Of a stretch of DNA of 27,875 nt, positions 7,960 through 17,347 are shown in pieces. This stretch comes from Archaeoglobaceae archaeon. GTDB taxonomy: Archaea; Halobacteriota; Archaeoglobi; Archaeoglobales; Archaeoglobaceae. The notes beneath the pieces were generated by a model that saw only the letters and a program-made list of their open reading frames with translations, had not been told where the DNA came from and searched no databases. The position numbers and the translations under genes are program-made. The stretch covers positions 1 through 27,875 of the forward strand of contig JALWBF010000088.1 of the NCBI GenBank assembly GCA_027016055.1, in the 5' to 3' direction. Every line of letters starts with the position of its first letter. The stretch's first letter is position 1.

Positions 7960-9957
7960 ATGTGGCTTATAATAGCAGAGAAGGACAAAACGGCGAGGAG
8001 AATCGCGCAAATTCTGTTTAGAGATTTTAGACGATTAAACCGCTACGGCGTGAACTATTACTTCTCCCCCTCAAATCGTGCATACGTCTTGGGCTTGAAG
8101 GGGCACATAGTTGAAGTGGATTTTCCCTCCGAATACAACGATTGGAGACGAACGCCACTGAAGTCCCTTCTGAGAGCTAAGTTCGTTTGGAGGGTTAGAG
8201 AGAAGAAAATAGCAAAGTTGTTGGTCGAGCTTGCCAAGGAAGTTGAAAGGGTTACGATCGCTACGGATTACGACAGGGAAGGTGAGCTCATAGGTGTCGA
8301 AGCCGTAAAAATAATTAGGAAGGTAAATCCGAACGTTAAAGTTGATAGGGTTAGATTCAGTGCGATAACTCCGGCAGACATAAGAAGGGCATTCGAAAAT
8401 CCCGTTGAAATCGATTACAACTTAGCCAAATCCGCCGAAGTTAGGCAGAAGATCGATCTGATATGGGGAGCGGTGCTTACCAGACTGCTTTCGTTATCAG
8501 CTGGGAAGATAGGCAAAGACTTTCTAAGCGCCGGCAGAGTCCAATCTCCGACGTTGAGGCTTATAGTTGAGAGGGAAAGGCAGATTCAGGAGTTCAAATC
8601 CAAGAAGTTCTGGGAGGTATACATAAAAGTTAGGGGGATAGAAGCCAAGCTTGAAAGGAGATTTGAAAGCAAAGATGAAGCAAAGATTGTTTTAGCATCT
8701 ATAGGCGATTTTGCAAGGGTTACGAATTTCGAGAAGAAGGTAGTTGAGGAGAACAAGCCGATTCCGTTCAACACGACAGAATTTCTGAAGGAAGCATCCA
8801 GATTCATGAGTCCGGATAAGGCGATGAGGATAGCTGAAGAGCTATACATGAGCGGTTACATATCTTATCCGAGGACCGACAATACGGTCTATCCTCCGAC
8901 GCTGAATCTGAGAAGGCTCGCTGAGATGTTCATCGGAACGGAATTCGATAGGGAAGCAAAGATAGTTTTAGCCGGGGACATGGTTCCTTCGAAAGGAAGA
9001 AAGGAAACGAAGGATCATCCTCCCATTCATCCGACGGCGGTGGCATCAAAGGAAGAGCTCAGTAAAGATGAATGGATAATTTACGAGCTCGTCGTTAGGA
9101 GGTTCTTGGCATCCCTTGCCCCCAAAGCTATCTGGGAGATTAGAAGGGTCGAGCTTTCGGTTGATGGACTTAACTTCAGGGCATCGGGTAAAAGGCTTAT
9201 CGAGAAGGGTTGGAGATCGATCTACACATACGTTCAGGCGGATGAGAAAATAATTCCGGAATTTAAGCCCGGAGAGGTTATAAAAATAGAGGCGAAAAGA
9301 ATGGCGGAAAAGAGAACGAAACCGCCGCAGAGGTTCACAACCGGAAGGCTGATCAAACTAATGGAGAAGTTGGGCTTGGGAACAAAATCAACGAGGCATG
9401 AGATAATAAAGAAACTTTACAGCAGGAGATACGTTTACGGAAATCCTCTCAAGCCCACCAATACCGCATTTGCGGTTATAGAGGCTCTCAAAAGGAATGC
9501 TGAACTCATAACGCTCCCAGATATGACGGCAAAATTGGAGAAGGATATGGATGCAATAGCCGAAGGAAGGCTGGACGAAAAATCTGTTCTGCTCGAATCC
9601 GTGAGATTTTTGGAAAAAATTTTGAGCAGTGTAAATATCGAAGAGCTCGGTAAGAGCTTGAAGGACGGAATAGAAGAGGATAGAAGGAAGGAGCTTGAAA
9701 AGAACGCTCTCGGAAAATGCCCGAAGTGTGGGGGGACGCTTGTTATAAAGAGGGCTGAAAAGAGGTTCGTCGGATGCACTAACTATCCGAATTGCGATCT
9801 ATCCTTTCCTCTGCCTCAGAAGGGAAGGATTTACATAACATCGAACGTCTGCGAAAGGCACGGGTTAAGGAAGATAAAGATAAGGACCAAGGACGGGACT
9901 TGGGATCTCGGCTGTCCTTATTGCAGTTATCTCAAGTGGAAGGAAAAGTCTACTTGA
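7960..9957 (+). CDS. topA: Type IA DNA topoisomerase with C-terminal Zn ribbons
   Basis: TOPRIM IIAEK and ATDYDREGE, SAGRVQSPTL, catalytic GYISYPRTD, GLGTKSTR, C-terminal CPKCGG..FVGCTNYPNC and CPYC. No intein seen. Confidence 0.96.
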   Translation: MWLIIAEKDKTARRIAQILFRDFRRLNRYGVNYYFSPSNRAYVLGLKGHIVEVDFPSEYNDWRRTPLKSLLRAKFVWRVREKKIAKLLVELAKEVERVTIATDYDREGELIGVEAVKIIRKVNPNVKVDRVRFSAITPADIRRAFENPVEIDYNLAKSAEVRQKIDLIWGAVLTRLLSLSAGKIGKDFLSAGRVQSPTLRLIVERERQIQEFKSKKFWEVYIKVRGIEAKLERRFESKDEAKIVLASIGDFARVTNFEKKVVEENKPIPFNTTEFLKEASRFMSPDKAMRIAEELYMSGYISYPRTDNTVYPPTLNLRRLAEMFIGTEFDREAKIVLAGDMVPSKGRKETKDHPPIHPTAVASKEELSKDEWIIYELVVRRFLASLAPKAIWEIRRVELSVDGLNFRASGKRLIEKGWRSIYTYVQADEKIIPEFKPGEVIKIEAKRMAEKRTKPPQRFTTGRLIKLMEKLGLGTKSTRHEIIKKLYSRRYVYGNPLKPTNTAFAVIEALKRNAELITLPDMTAKLEKDMDAIAEGRLDEKSVLLESVRFLEKILSSVNIEELGKSLKDGIEEDRRKELEKNALGKCPKCGGTLVIKRAEKRFVGCTNYPNCDLSFPLPQKGRIYITSNVCERHGLRKIKIRTKDGTWDLGCPYCSYLKWKEKST

Positions 9958-11593
9958 GTATCTGGAAGACCCCTACGTAATCCGTATACAATTTCGACGG
10001 ATACCTATAAAGAACTCCCATCTTCCAGTATTCGTATGTTACGTCGTTTTGAACAACAAGAACTATCATCTTGCCGTTTCTAACGTAATTTTGAAGTTCG
10101 ATCGAATTCAATCCTACTCCGAGCCACACCTCCTGAGAAGAATCGTTGGCGGCTATTAGATCGTAAGCTCCTTTCGTGTAATTCCAAATGTAAAGCGATT
10201 CTCCTTCGTAATACCTTCCAACGCCGTAACCGTTCCAATTCACGTATGTTTCGATAACGTTCGTAGTGTTCAATCCGTATATCTCAAATCTCTGCGCGGC
10301 ATGGTATCCCGTGCCTACAGCCTCGCTCACCAAATACACTCCGTCGTCCTTGGTTATGTTTGTGGTCGGCAACGGCACTGTAGGTGTCGTGTTCGAGCTC
10401 GGAGGATTCAGATAGGTCTCGTTACCGAAAGCGAAAACGGCTCCTGGCGTGTTGGCATCGTAGGTAACGCCGTATGGAAAGCTCAATTGGACACCCGTGC
10501 CGATAACGGATATTTTATAGAGAACGAATCCGCACGATGCGCTGAAGTTTACAGTAGCTTCTCCGCTTTTATTTGAGCTGAAAACGACATTCGCGCAACC
10601 GCTCTTATCGGTGTAAACGACGCTTGGAGTTATCGATCCGACTCCGGTTAGAGTGACGTTTACAGGATAGCCCCTAACCGGATTGTTGTATTCATCGAGA
10701 ACCTTAACCCCCAAAACTATCGATTCCCCGATCCTTACACTGTAATTAGTGGTCGGATTCGTCGGGATTATCATAAACGGCTTAGGGGTTTCGATGTTGG
10801 AATACTGCAAAGCTGAAACAGACACGCCTTTCAGCAAAACGGTATACGATATCTCGAGTTTAGTTACATTTTGATACGTTACCGTAACGTTATTACCGCT
10901 CACCGTTACGTTGTAGCCCATATTTTCGAGCTTGGGCTTAATTTTGATCCAGTAACTTGGGCAATCCGTTCTGAACCTGATTGTAACGTTTTTAGCCATA
11001 ACGTAGCCGCCGTAGGAAATTGGAACCACGACCAAATCTATCGGCTGGGATGACGTGAAAGATTCGAAGGTCGCATTTATCAGCGGGATCCTGATTTCAT
11101 CCCGCGTAAACATCTGCTGATCCGCAGCTTCACCTATAAATCTTCTCCCTATAAACCTAAGAATCGCTGTATTTTCGAATAGTAGCTTGTATCCTCTGTT
11201 GTAAAAGTAATTTAGGTATATTTCGATGCTGTCGGTGGTGTAATTGGACGATCTTGAAATTATAGATCCGTTCGGCAGTATCTCCTCGTAACTCAATTCG
11301 ATCGCGTATCGTTTTGAAGTAACCGAAGAAGCCATCGTCGGAGGTGATATCAGAAGAGGATATCTCGGATAACTTATGCCCAAATCGAGCGTTACGGTCG
11401 TTAACCTGTTGTCTATGATATCCTTTGAAAGCGTTTGAAGTTCGTCGATAATTTTATTTAAATGCTTAAATTCCGCATCCTTGCACATGCTCGGAACCAT
11501 CTGAGTCTGAAGTATAGCCAGAAATATCATCAAGGTCATCATCAGAAGTATGAATCCAACCAAAACCGAGACTCCCTTTTTGTTCATGCTCAT
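9950..11593 (-). CDS. Large type IV pilin-like protein (class III signal peptide) with an Ig-like (Big_1/invasin-type) domain and a C-terminal beta-sandwich domain
   Basis: MSMNKKG|VSVLVGFILLMMTLMIFLAIL fits the prepilin cleavage pattern. VKVLDEYNNPVRGYPVNVT...TDKSGCANVVFSS..GEATV resembles Big_1. Many N-x-S/T sequons. TGATG coupling with the upstream gene. Confidence 0.75.
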   Translation of the reverse strand: MSMNKKGVSVLVGFILLMMTLMIFLAILQTQMVPSMCKDAEFKHLNKIIDELQTLSKDIIDNRLTTVTLDLGISYPRYPLLISPPTMASSVTSKRYAIELSYEEILPNGSIISRSSNYTTDSIEIYLNYFYNRGYKLLFENTAILRFIGRRFIGEAADQQMFTRDEIRIPLINATFESFTSSQPIDLVVVPISYGGYVMAKNVTIRFRTDCPSYWIKIKPKLENMGYNVTVSGNNVTVTYQNVTKLEISYTVLLKGVSVSALQYSNIETPKPFMIIPTNPTTNYSVRIGESIVLGVKVLDEYNNPVRGYPVNVTLTGVGSITPSVVYTDKSGCANVVFSSNKSGEATVNFSASCGFVLYKISVIGTGVQLSFPYGVTYDANTPGAVFAFGNETYLNPPSSNTTPTVPLPTTNITKDDGVYLVSEAVGTGYHAAQRFEIYGLNTTNVIETYVNWNGYGVGRYYEGESLYIWNYTKGAYDLIAANDSSQEVWLGVGLNSIELQNYVRNGKMIVLVVQNDVTYEYWKMGVLYRYPSKLYTDYVGVFQILK

Positions 11594-13440
11594 CACCTTA
11601 GAAGTATTCTAAACACTATGTATGTCGCCATAAGGAATACGTAGGAGTGTTTCAGCCCGGATTCGATCTTACCTTCACCGATAACCCCGGCTATGATTCC
11701 CGAAAGCAGACCGACGAGTATAGATATCTGGAAGAATACTTCCTTTATCCTTCCTACGTTCAGAACGAACGAGATTGCCGATACTGTAACGTTTACTGAG
11801 AACGCTGAAAGGAAGCTCGTTATTATTACGTAAACAACGAATAGGAAAATGAATATTGACATATACGTTATAATAATATATGTGAACATATAATTCCTAA
11901 CCTTTTTTGCAAATCTTACCTCAGCATCCGCATACTTGGCAACTGTAATGAAGGCATCCTTAAAGCTCGGTGAGACCTCCAAAGCTTTGGAAACTATCGG
12001 TATAACCTTCATAATTACGTCGCTCTTCACCCTTGAGCCGAATACGTTGAAAGCCTTATGAACTGTAGCGCCCCACTCGATCCTTCTCCTTATGACGGAT
12101 ATCTCCTTAGATATTATCCCCATCTCGGATGTCGATAAGACTTTGAGCGCTTCTAAAATGTTCAGTCCGGCTTCGTTAAGCACGGAAAGCTCCCTAAATA
12201 TATCGGGAACCCTTTCTTCGATTTTTCTTATCGTTCTTGTTCTAAGCTCAACCAGTATGATTAGAGGTATTACGACCGCCGACACAGCCAAAACCGTAGA
12301 TTTTTCGACATCCAAAAATCTTGATGAAACCGCAAACGCCGAAATACCGATTAAAGCAAGATGGAACGCCAAATACCTAAGCTTGAGTGTATATATCGTT
12401 CTCTCCTTAAACGGATATACCAAAATCTTTAAGATCTTTTTGAGAATCCTTCTAAAGTTGTTTATTCTGAAAGATCCAGCCCTACCGGATTTAACTCTTA
12501 TCATCGGTATCTCCCTTTCTTCGAGTATCTCTTCAACCCTTACCTTCGGAACCGGTAAAGACGATCTGATCAGGTAGATGAACGAAACGGTTGCCAGCGG
12601 AAGAACCACTGCCATGGCTATTCTGTATAGATTTATGATGTTTTCACCGATCAGTTGCATTACCACCAGAACTATGAGCAGAAACAGCGGAAGCAATACG
12701 AAAACAGCCAAATAGACTTCCGCCATTATTCCCAAGAAGTCTATATACGAGTCGAAGCTGACCTCCTGCTCCTCGAGCAATTCTTCAGACTTACCCTTTA
12801 AAAATTCCGTAAGCTTACCGCCACCACTCAAAACAAAGATTAGGTCGTCCAAGAATGCCGCGAGCTTTTCGCTCGGCGTGGTGTCTCTGACGAACTTCAG
12901 AGCTTCGAAGAGATCGTGCTTGAAGTTTTCGATTAAATCTACGGCTACCTTGAATTCTCTGCTCAGCTCACCGCACATAACCTTCGATTCCGCTATGCAC
13001 TTGATTATGTCGTAAATCCTCACACCGCCGGTGGCCATGCCGAACATCATGTTAACGGCATGCGGAAGATACAGCTCTATTTCGTGCCTACTCCTTGCAG
13101 ATACGAAAAAAGGATAGAGCATTACGATGCGGTGAGCCAATTTGAATAACAACAGACCGAGCAGTAAAGAACATAAAACGGTATAGCACAAACTCAGAAT
13201 ATTATAATTTCCCATTATATATTCGGGAATGAATTGAATCAGATAGTGCTTAAAGTATTCGAACGGAATAACGAACGTAAAGAGGTATAATCCAAAAATA
13301 ACTCCGATAATTCCGGATACAGCCGATATCTTAAAGGCTAACGCCAGAAATCTTTGAAGGGTCATCGGTATCCTCGCTCCAACCAAGGCTTTATTTAAGT
13401 CCGCGAATTTTTCTGTGTTCCTTTTAACGCGATGCTTCAA
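11593..13440 (-). CDS. Type II secretion system F family (TadC/PilC/ArlJ-like) membrane platform protein, two T2SSF repeats
   Basis: LPHAVNMM..G..GEL..EF and VPDIFREL...GLNILEAL...G.IS.EI repeats with many TM helices. TTG start behind a GGAGGTGA RBS. Confidence 0.9.
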   Translation of the reverse strand: MKHRVKRNTEKFADLNKALVGARIPMTLQRFLALAFKISAVSGIIGVIFGLYLFTFVIPFEYFKHYLIQFIPEYIMGNYNILSLCYTVLCSLLLGLLLFKLAHRIVMLYPFFVSARSRHEIELYLPHAVNMMFGMATGGVRIYDIIKCIAESKVMCGELSREFKVAVDLIENFKHDLFEALKFVRDTTPSEKLAAFLDDLIFVLSGGGKLTEFLKGKSEELLEEQEVSFDSYIDFLGIMAEVYLAVFVLLPLFLLIVLVVMQLIGENIINLYRIAMAVVLPLATVSFIYLIRSSLPVPKVRVEEILEEREIPMIRVKSGRAGSFRINNFRRILKKILKILVYPFKERTIYTLKLRYLAFHLALIGISAFAVSSRFLDVEKSTVLAVSAVVIPLIILVELRTRTIRKIEERVPDIFRELSVLNEAGLNILEALKVLSTSEMGIISKEISVIRRRIEWGATVHKAFNVFGSRVKSDVIMKVIPIVSKALEVSPSFKDAFITVAKYADAEVRFAKKVRNYMFTYIIITYMSIFIFLFVVYVIITSFLSAFSVNVTVSAISFVLNVGRIKEVFFQISILVGLLSGIIAGVIGEGKIESGLKHSYVFLMATYIVFRILLR

Positions 13441-14992
13441 AGTTCATCACCTCCTCAAAAGCCCTTTCCGGGCTGCGGTAGTATTCGTGAATGAACCTCG
13501 TAACGAGCTTGTAGTGCCTGATGCCTTTGGAATCCATAAGTTCGAGAAACTCCTTTCTCCTCTTCAATTCCTCCACGACCTCGTATACGTCCAAACCCAT
13601 TATCTGGGCTATCTTTTCAAGCTTCCTCGAATCGTTAACCTGAACGAACTTATCTTCGACCGGATCCCATTTAAAAAGCGGATTTACGAGCAGGTTCTTG
13701 TTCGCCGGATCTATTCCGAATATCTCATTTACTTCCCTCGCCCTCCTCTTCCTCAAACCCCTCTTAACCCACATGAACTGCACTATGACTGCATCCAAGA
13801 ACTGAATCATAACCCTCGGAACGTTCAGCGGTTCGTTTTCCAACCTGTAAACGAGCTGGTTGACATCTCCGGCATGCAAGGTTGCGTAAGATGCATGCCC
13901 GGTTGACATAGCCTGAAAAAGAGTTTGAGCCTCCCTTCCCCTTACTTCTCCGACCACTATGTAATCAGGTCTCTGCCTCAAAGCAGCTTTTAGCAGATCA
14001 TACATATCGATCTCCTGCCCCTCAATTCCCATCCTCGTAACTCCCGCGATCCAGTTTTCGTGGTAAAGCTGAATCTCCCTCGTATCCTCGATAGATACGA
14101 CTTTAGCTTCCGGCGGAATGAACATCAGAAGGGCGTTCATCGTTGTAGTTTTGCCCGAAGCTGTTTCGCCGATAACCATGAAGCTCATCTTGTTCTCTAC
14201 GAGCAACCAGAAGTAAGCCAAAATCGCGGAATTCATAGTTCCGAATCTCATAAGGTCTATGGGCGTGAAGGGTTCGGTTCTGAACTTTCTTATGGTAAAG
14301 CTGCTCCCCCTCGTCGTTATCTCAGTTCCGTAAGTTGCCTGCAATCTGCTTCCATCCGGCAGTGTAGCATCGATGAGCGGTGTGGCATATGATATGTGCT
14401 TTCCGGATTTCTGGCAAAGGAGTAATACCAAGGAATCGAGCTGCTCCTTTGAGAACCTTACGTTCGTCCTTAGGCTACCGTATTTTCTGTGAAAAACGTA
14501 AACCGGGATATCGTAACCGTCGCATGAGATGTCCTCCAAATACGGATCGTTCATGAAGCATTCGATTGGGCCGTATCCGAAGAAGTCCCTTAAAAGGAAG
14601 TAAAGTATCTTTAAGGCGAGTTCGCTCTTCAATTCGATTGCGTATTCGTCCAAAAGTTCATCTAAAGTCTTTACGAGAGCTTCGATTCTGGATTCGATAT
14701 TCGAATCAAATTCCTTCAAAACGAGCACCCTTCTGAGATCGTTATATAAGTCTGTCATGAGTTCGAACTCATCCTCGGCAAGCTGGGGCTCTATAACGTA
14801 GTAAGTCTGCTGAAGGGTCTCAAGATCCTTTCTTATTTGAATCTTCAGAAATCCCGGAACTATCCAATACTCGTCGATGATCTGAACGTTATCGGGGATC
14901 GTTACATCGAGTATCGGCTGTTTAAACTCCTCATGAATTTTAAGAATAACTTTATAATATTCTGGTGTTACAATTTCGAACTCGTATGCCAT
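13424..14992 (-). CDS. Type II/IV secretion ATPase (TadA/VirB11/PilB-ArlI family)
   Basis: Walker A GETASGKTT, Asp box SIEDTRE, Walker B IVVGEVRG, His box GHASYATLH. ATG 14992 preferred. Confidence 0.95.
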   Translation of the reverse strand: MAYEFEIVTPEYYKVILKIHEEFKQPILDVTIPDNVQIIDEYWIVPGFLKIQIRKDLETLQQTYYVIEPQLAEDEFELMTDLYNDLRRVLVLKEFDSNIESRIEALVKTLDELLDEYAIELKSELALKILYFLLRDFFGYGPIECFMNDPYLEDISCDGYDIPVYVFHRKYGSLRTNVRFSKEQLDSLVLLLCQKSGKHISYATPLIDATLPDGSRLQATYGTEITTRGSSFTIRKFRTEPFTPIDLMRFGTMNSAILAYFWLLVENKMSFMVIGETASGKTTTMNALLMFIPPEAKVVSIEDTREIQLYHENWIAGVTRMGIEGQEIDMYDLLKAALRQRPDYIVVGEVRGREAQTLFQAMSTGHASYATLHAGDVNQLVYRLENEPLNVPRVMIQFLDAVIVQFMWVKRGLRKRRAREVNEIFGIDPANKNLLVNPLFKWDPVEDKFVQVNDSRKLEKIAQIMGLDVYEVVEELKRRKEFLELMDSKGIRHYKLVTRFIHEYYRSPERAFEEVMNFEASR

Positions 14993-15024
14993 TATGATTA
15001 TAATGGTCACGTCATTTTAAAAAA
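14990..15024 (-). promoter_or_regulatory. Internal TATA (TTTTTAAA) and inverted repeat CATTAT-n4-ATAATG over the ATPase start
   Basis: TATA at 15016-15023 on the minus strand, 24-31 nt from ATG 14992. Perfect 6-bp inverted repeat at 14990-15005. Confidence 0.45.
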
Positions 15025-15033
15025 TGTATCGAG

Positions 15034-15057
15034 AAAAAATAAAATTTAAGTAAAAAA
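15034..15057 (-). terminator. Oligo-T terminator after the vWA gene
   Basis: Minus strand TTTTTTACTTAAATTTTATTTTTT directly after the stop. Confidence 0.5.
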
Positions 15058-17346
15058 TTAGGATGGTGTTACCGGCTTTATTCTAACCGGAACATCCTTC
15101 CACAGCAGTAACGTTGTTGTGGTGTTATTGATTGCGTTTACTTCAATTGTGTATTCTCCGGCTGCGTTCGGAATAAATATTGCAGATATATTACCGTTGT
15201 TTGTTGTGTAGATCTCTAAGCCGTTGACGATTACGCTACCATTCGTTGCATTTATTAGTTTGCCATTAATTTCTATTAGTTCTCCGACGTATAGAGGAAT
15301 GGGATAGCCTATGGATCCGTTCCATCTTATTGTTAGGTTGTTGAGTTCGATCGCATTGAGTATTTCAGGATAAAACGTGACATTCGTCTTGTTAATTGTG
15401 AAATCTGTTCCGTTTAGATAATACCCAGATTCATTGTAAAACGTAACGTTTGCCGTAACGTTTTGCGTTAAGTTGTTTGTAAATTTATATTGTGGCGTTA
15501 TCTCCAAAACCCAAGTGGTATAGTTCTTTCTGAAGTATGTGAGTATGAAGCTGTCGTTGCTGTAATCGATAGTCTTTCCGTCAACCTCTATCTTGAATCC
15601 TACATCTTTTGGTGGGGTTTTATCTACGTATGTCACTATATATAGATTCTGCACGCGACTAACCAAGACTCTACCGGGCTTATTAACCGTCCTGTTGTAT
15701 ACGGTTATAACCGTGCTCGTGGAATTTCTTAGACCGTTGTTGCTCGTCACATCAAAAGTCAGTTTTTCGTTAACGTATGACTGTCCGCCGGATACGAACT
15801 TCTGCAACGGTGTCCAGCTGACGATAACAGTCGTAGTGTTAAGGTTATACTTAGCTATATTGCTGTTTGTAGCATTGATTTTAACTGGCGATCCTGATAT
15901 GGTCACACTAGAACTGTCTATCGGATAATTTGCTATCACCTTTATAGTTACGGTTTCGCCTTCTGTAATGCTTTTCCTGCTTGGAATAACCTTAACTATC
16001 AGATTGCCGGAGAAGTTCATGTTAACTTTGAACTGAACGGAATGCGAGCCATAGTAATCGTAATACGTTAAGTTCCCAGCAGCAACAGTCCAGTTTCCAG
16101 CTATCGTCGAATTGACCCAAACTGCAATGCTCGTATTGTTCTTCAGTTCGTTCCAATGCCAAGTAACAACGTTACCGCTCACGGATGTCGGGTTTGGAAC
16201 TGCATGATCGAATCTGATGTTCGGATTGTTAAATTCAAGCTTAAGTGTGACGTTGTAAGCATAAGTTAGAACGTCCCTGTAAATCTCCCTATACACCTCA
16301 ATCAGTTCGGTGCCGTTCTTGGCGTAGTAGCATTTTCCTCCACCCACGCTTGCAATCTCTTCAAGTTCTGGCATATTTGCTCCGCCGATACCTATCGTAT
16401 AAACTCTGTAACCCTTTGATCTCGCAACGGTTGCCCAGTCAACCGGATCATCTCCCAAGTTCCTCCAGCCGTCCGTCAGCAGAATTATGACCTTCACGGC
16501 ATTAGTTCTTCCGTATTTGTCAAGCTCCGATATGGCATCGATTAAACCGGCACTTATGTTCGTTCCGCTACCAACGAACGTCTTAAACTTCCCACCTTTT
16601 TTGAACCTATACCAAATACTGGTGCTAATACCATCTATAGTGCTGTTCGCCAAAGCTTTATCGTTTGTCAGATGCAAGAGGATCGTTGCGTTAGCCGAGA
16701 AGTTGACGAGTCCAACCCTATCATAACTGCTCAGTAAGCCGACGAAAAACTTGGCGGCATTCTTAGCAACGGTGATTCTTTCCGGCGGAAGCTCGACGAT
16801 CATTATCCTCGTGGTGTTGATCCACTTCCCGCCACCACCGCTCACCTTCGCATATATATCGTATTTTCCGGGGCTTAAGTTATACCATCTGACTACCGCC
16901 GGATCATTGTTCCATTTCCACCAGCTACCGCTCCACTTTGTAACCCAAACCCCCGTGCTGTTATTCACCAACCAAGCCTTGTAGTAGACAGTGGTGTTAT
17001 AGACATCGTTGGGCGTTTGGAGAACCAACTCCACATCCGATGTCCGTTTAAGCTCAAATGTCCCTATATACGAGCCCCAACCACCGGTTTTGGTCAATTG
17101 CACATAGTAATTATATCCTCCAGCGATCACATCGCTCCATCTGTTCATCGACGGAGAAGTGTCTATAACGAGAACTGCATCTATAGGCGTGTGACTCTCA
17201 ATGGGATTAACAGTCATGTTTATACTAAAGCTCGATGGTTTACCCACGACTCCTTTCGCATTTATGTTTGTAGGAATATTCAGGACTTCTCCACTTGCGA
17301 TTGCAATCGTTGAGATAAGCAATACAACCAAAAGCGGGTATCTCAA
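15058..17346 (-). CDS. Secreted vWA-domain surface protein/adhesin (762 aa)
   Basis: Sec-type signal peptide. MIDAS D-T-S-P-S, GTNIS.GL and IILLTDG, then VYTIGIG. Beta-rich C-terminal region with more than 30 N-x-S/T sequons. TTG start behind GGAGGGGG. Confidence 0.88.
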   Translation of the reverse strand: MRYPLLVVLLISTIAIASGEVLNIPTNINAKGVVGKPSSFSINMTVNPIESHTPIDAVLVIDTSPSMNRWSDVIAGGYNYYVQLTKTGGWGSYIGTFELKRTSDVELVLQTPNDVYNTTVYYKAWLVNNSTGVWVTKWSGSWWKWNNDPAVVRWYNLSPGKYDIYAKVSGGGGKWINTTRIMIVELPPERITVAKNAAKFFVGLLSSYDRVGLVNFSANATILLHLTNDKALANSTIDGISTSIWYRFKKGGKFKTFVGSGTNISAGLIDAISELDKYGRTNAVKVIILLTDGWRNLGDDPVDWATVARSKGYRVYTIGIGGANMPELEEIASVGGGKCYYAKNGTELIEVYREIYRDVLTYAYNVTLKLEFNNPNIRFDHAVPNPTSVSGNVVTWHWNELKNNTSIAVWVNSTIAGNWTVAAGNLTYYDYYGSHSVQFKVNMNFSGNLIVKVIPSRKSITEGETVTIKVIANYPIDSSSVTISGSPVKINATNSNIAKYNLNTTTVIVSWTPLQKFVSGGQSYVNEKLTFDVTSNNGLRNSTSTVITVYNRTVNKPGRVLVSRVQNLYIVTYVDKTPPKDVGFKIEVDGKTIDYSNDSFILTYFRKNYTTWVLEITPQYKFTNNLTQNVTANVTFYNESGYYLNGTDFTINKTNVTFYPEILNAIELNNLTIRWNGSIGYPIPLYVGELIEINGKLINATNGSVIVNGLEIYTTNNGNISAIFIPNAAGEYTIEVNAINNTTTTLLLWKDVPVRIKPVTPS

Positions 17347-17347
17347 C

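Noticed and set aside
7960-9957. Possible intein or reverse-gyrase fusion in the topoisomerase
   Set aside because: Length and motif spacing fit a plain type IA enzyme, with no helicase or intein motifs.
13415-14392. Plus-strand ORFs of 163 and 110 aa (and similar 60-160 aa ORFs opposite or inside real genes throughout the track)
   Set aside because: They fully overlap well-supported genes and lack motifs and dedicated RBS/TATA signals.
15361-15480. Short repeated nucleotide words (AACGT/GTAACG) in the vWA and pilin genes as possible DGR or recombination repeats
   Set aside because: Explained by recurring Asn-Val-Thr glycosylation sequons. No reverse transcriptase or template/variable repeat pair seen.
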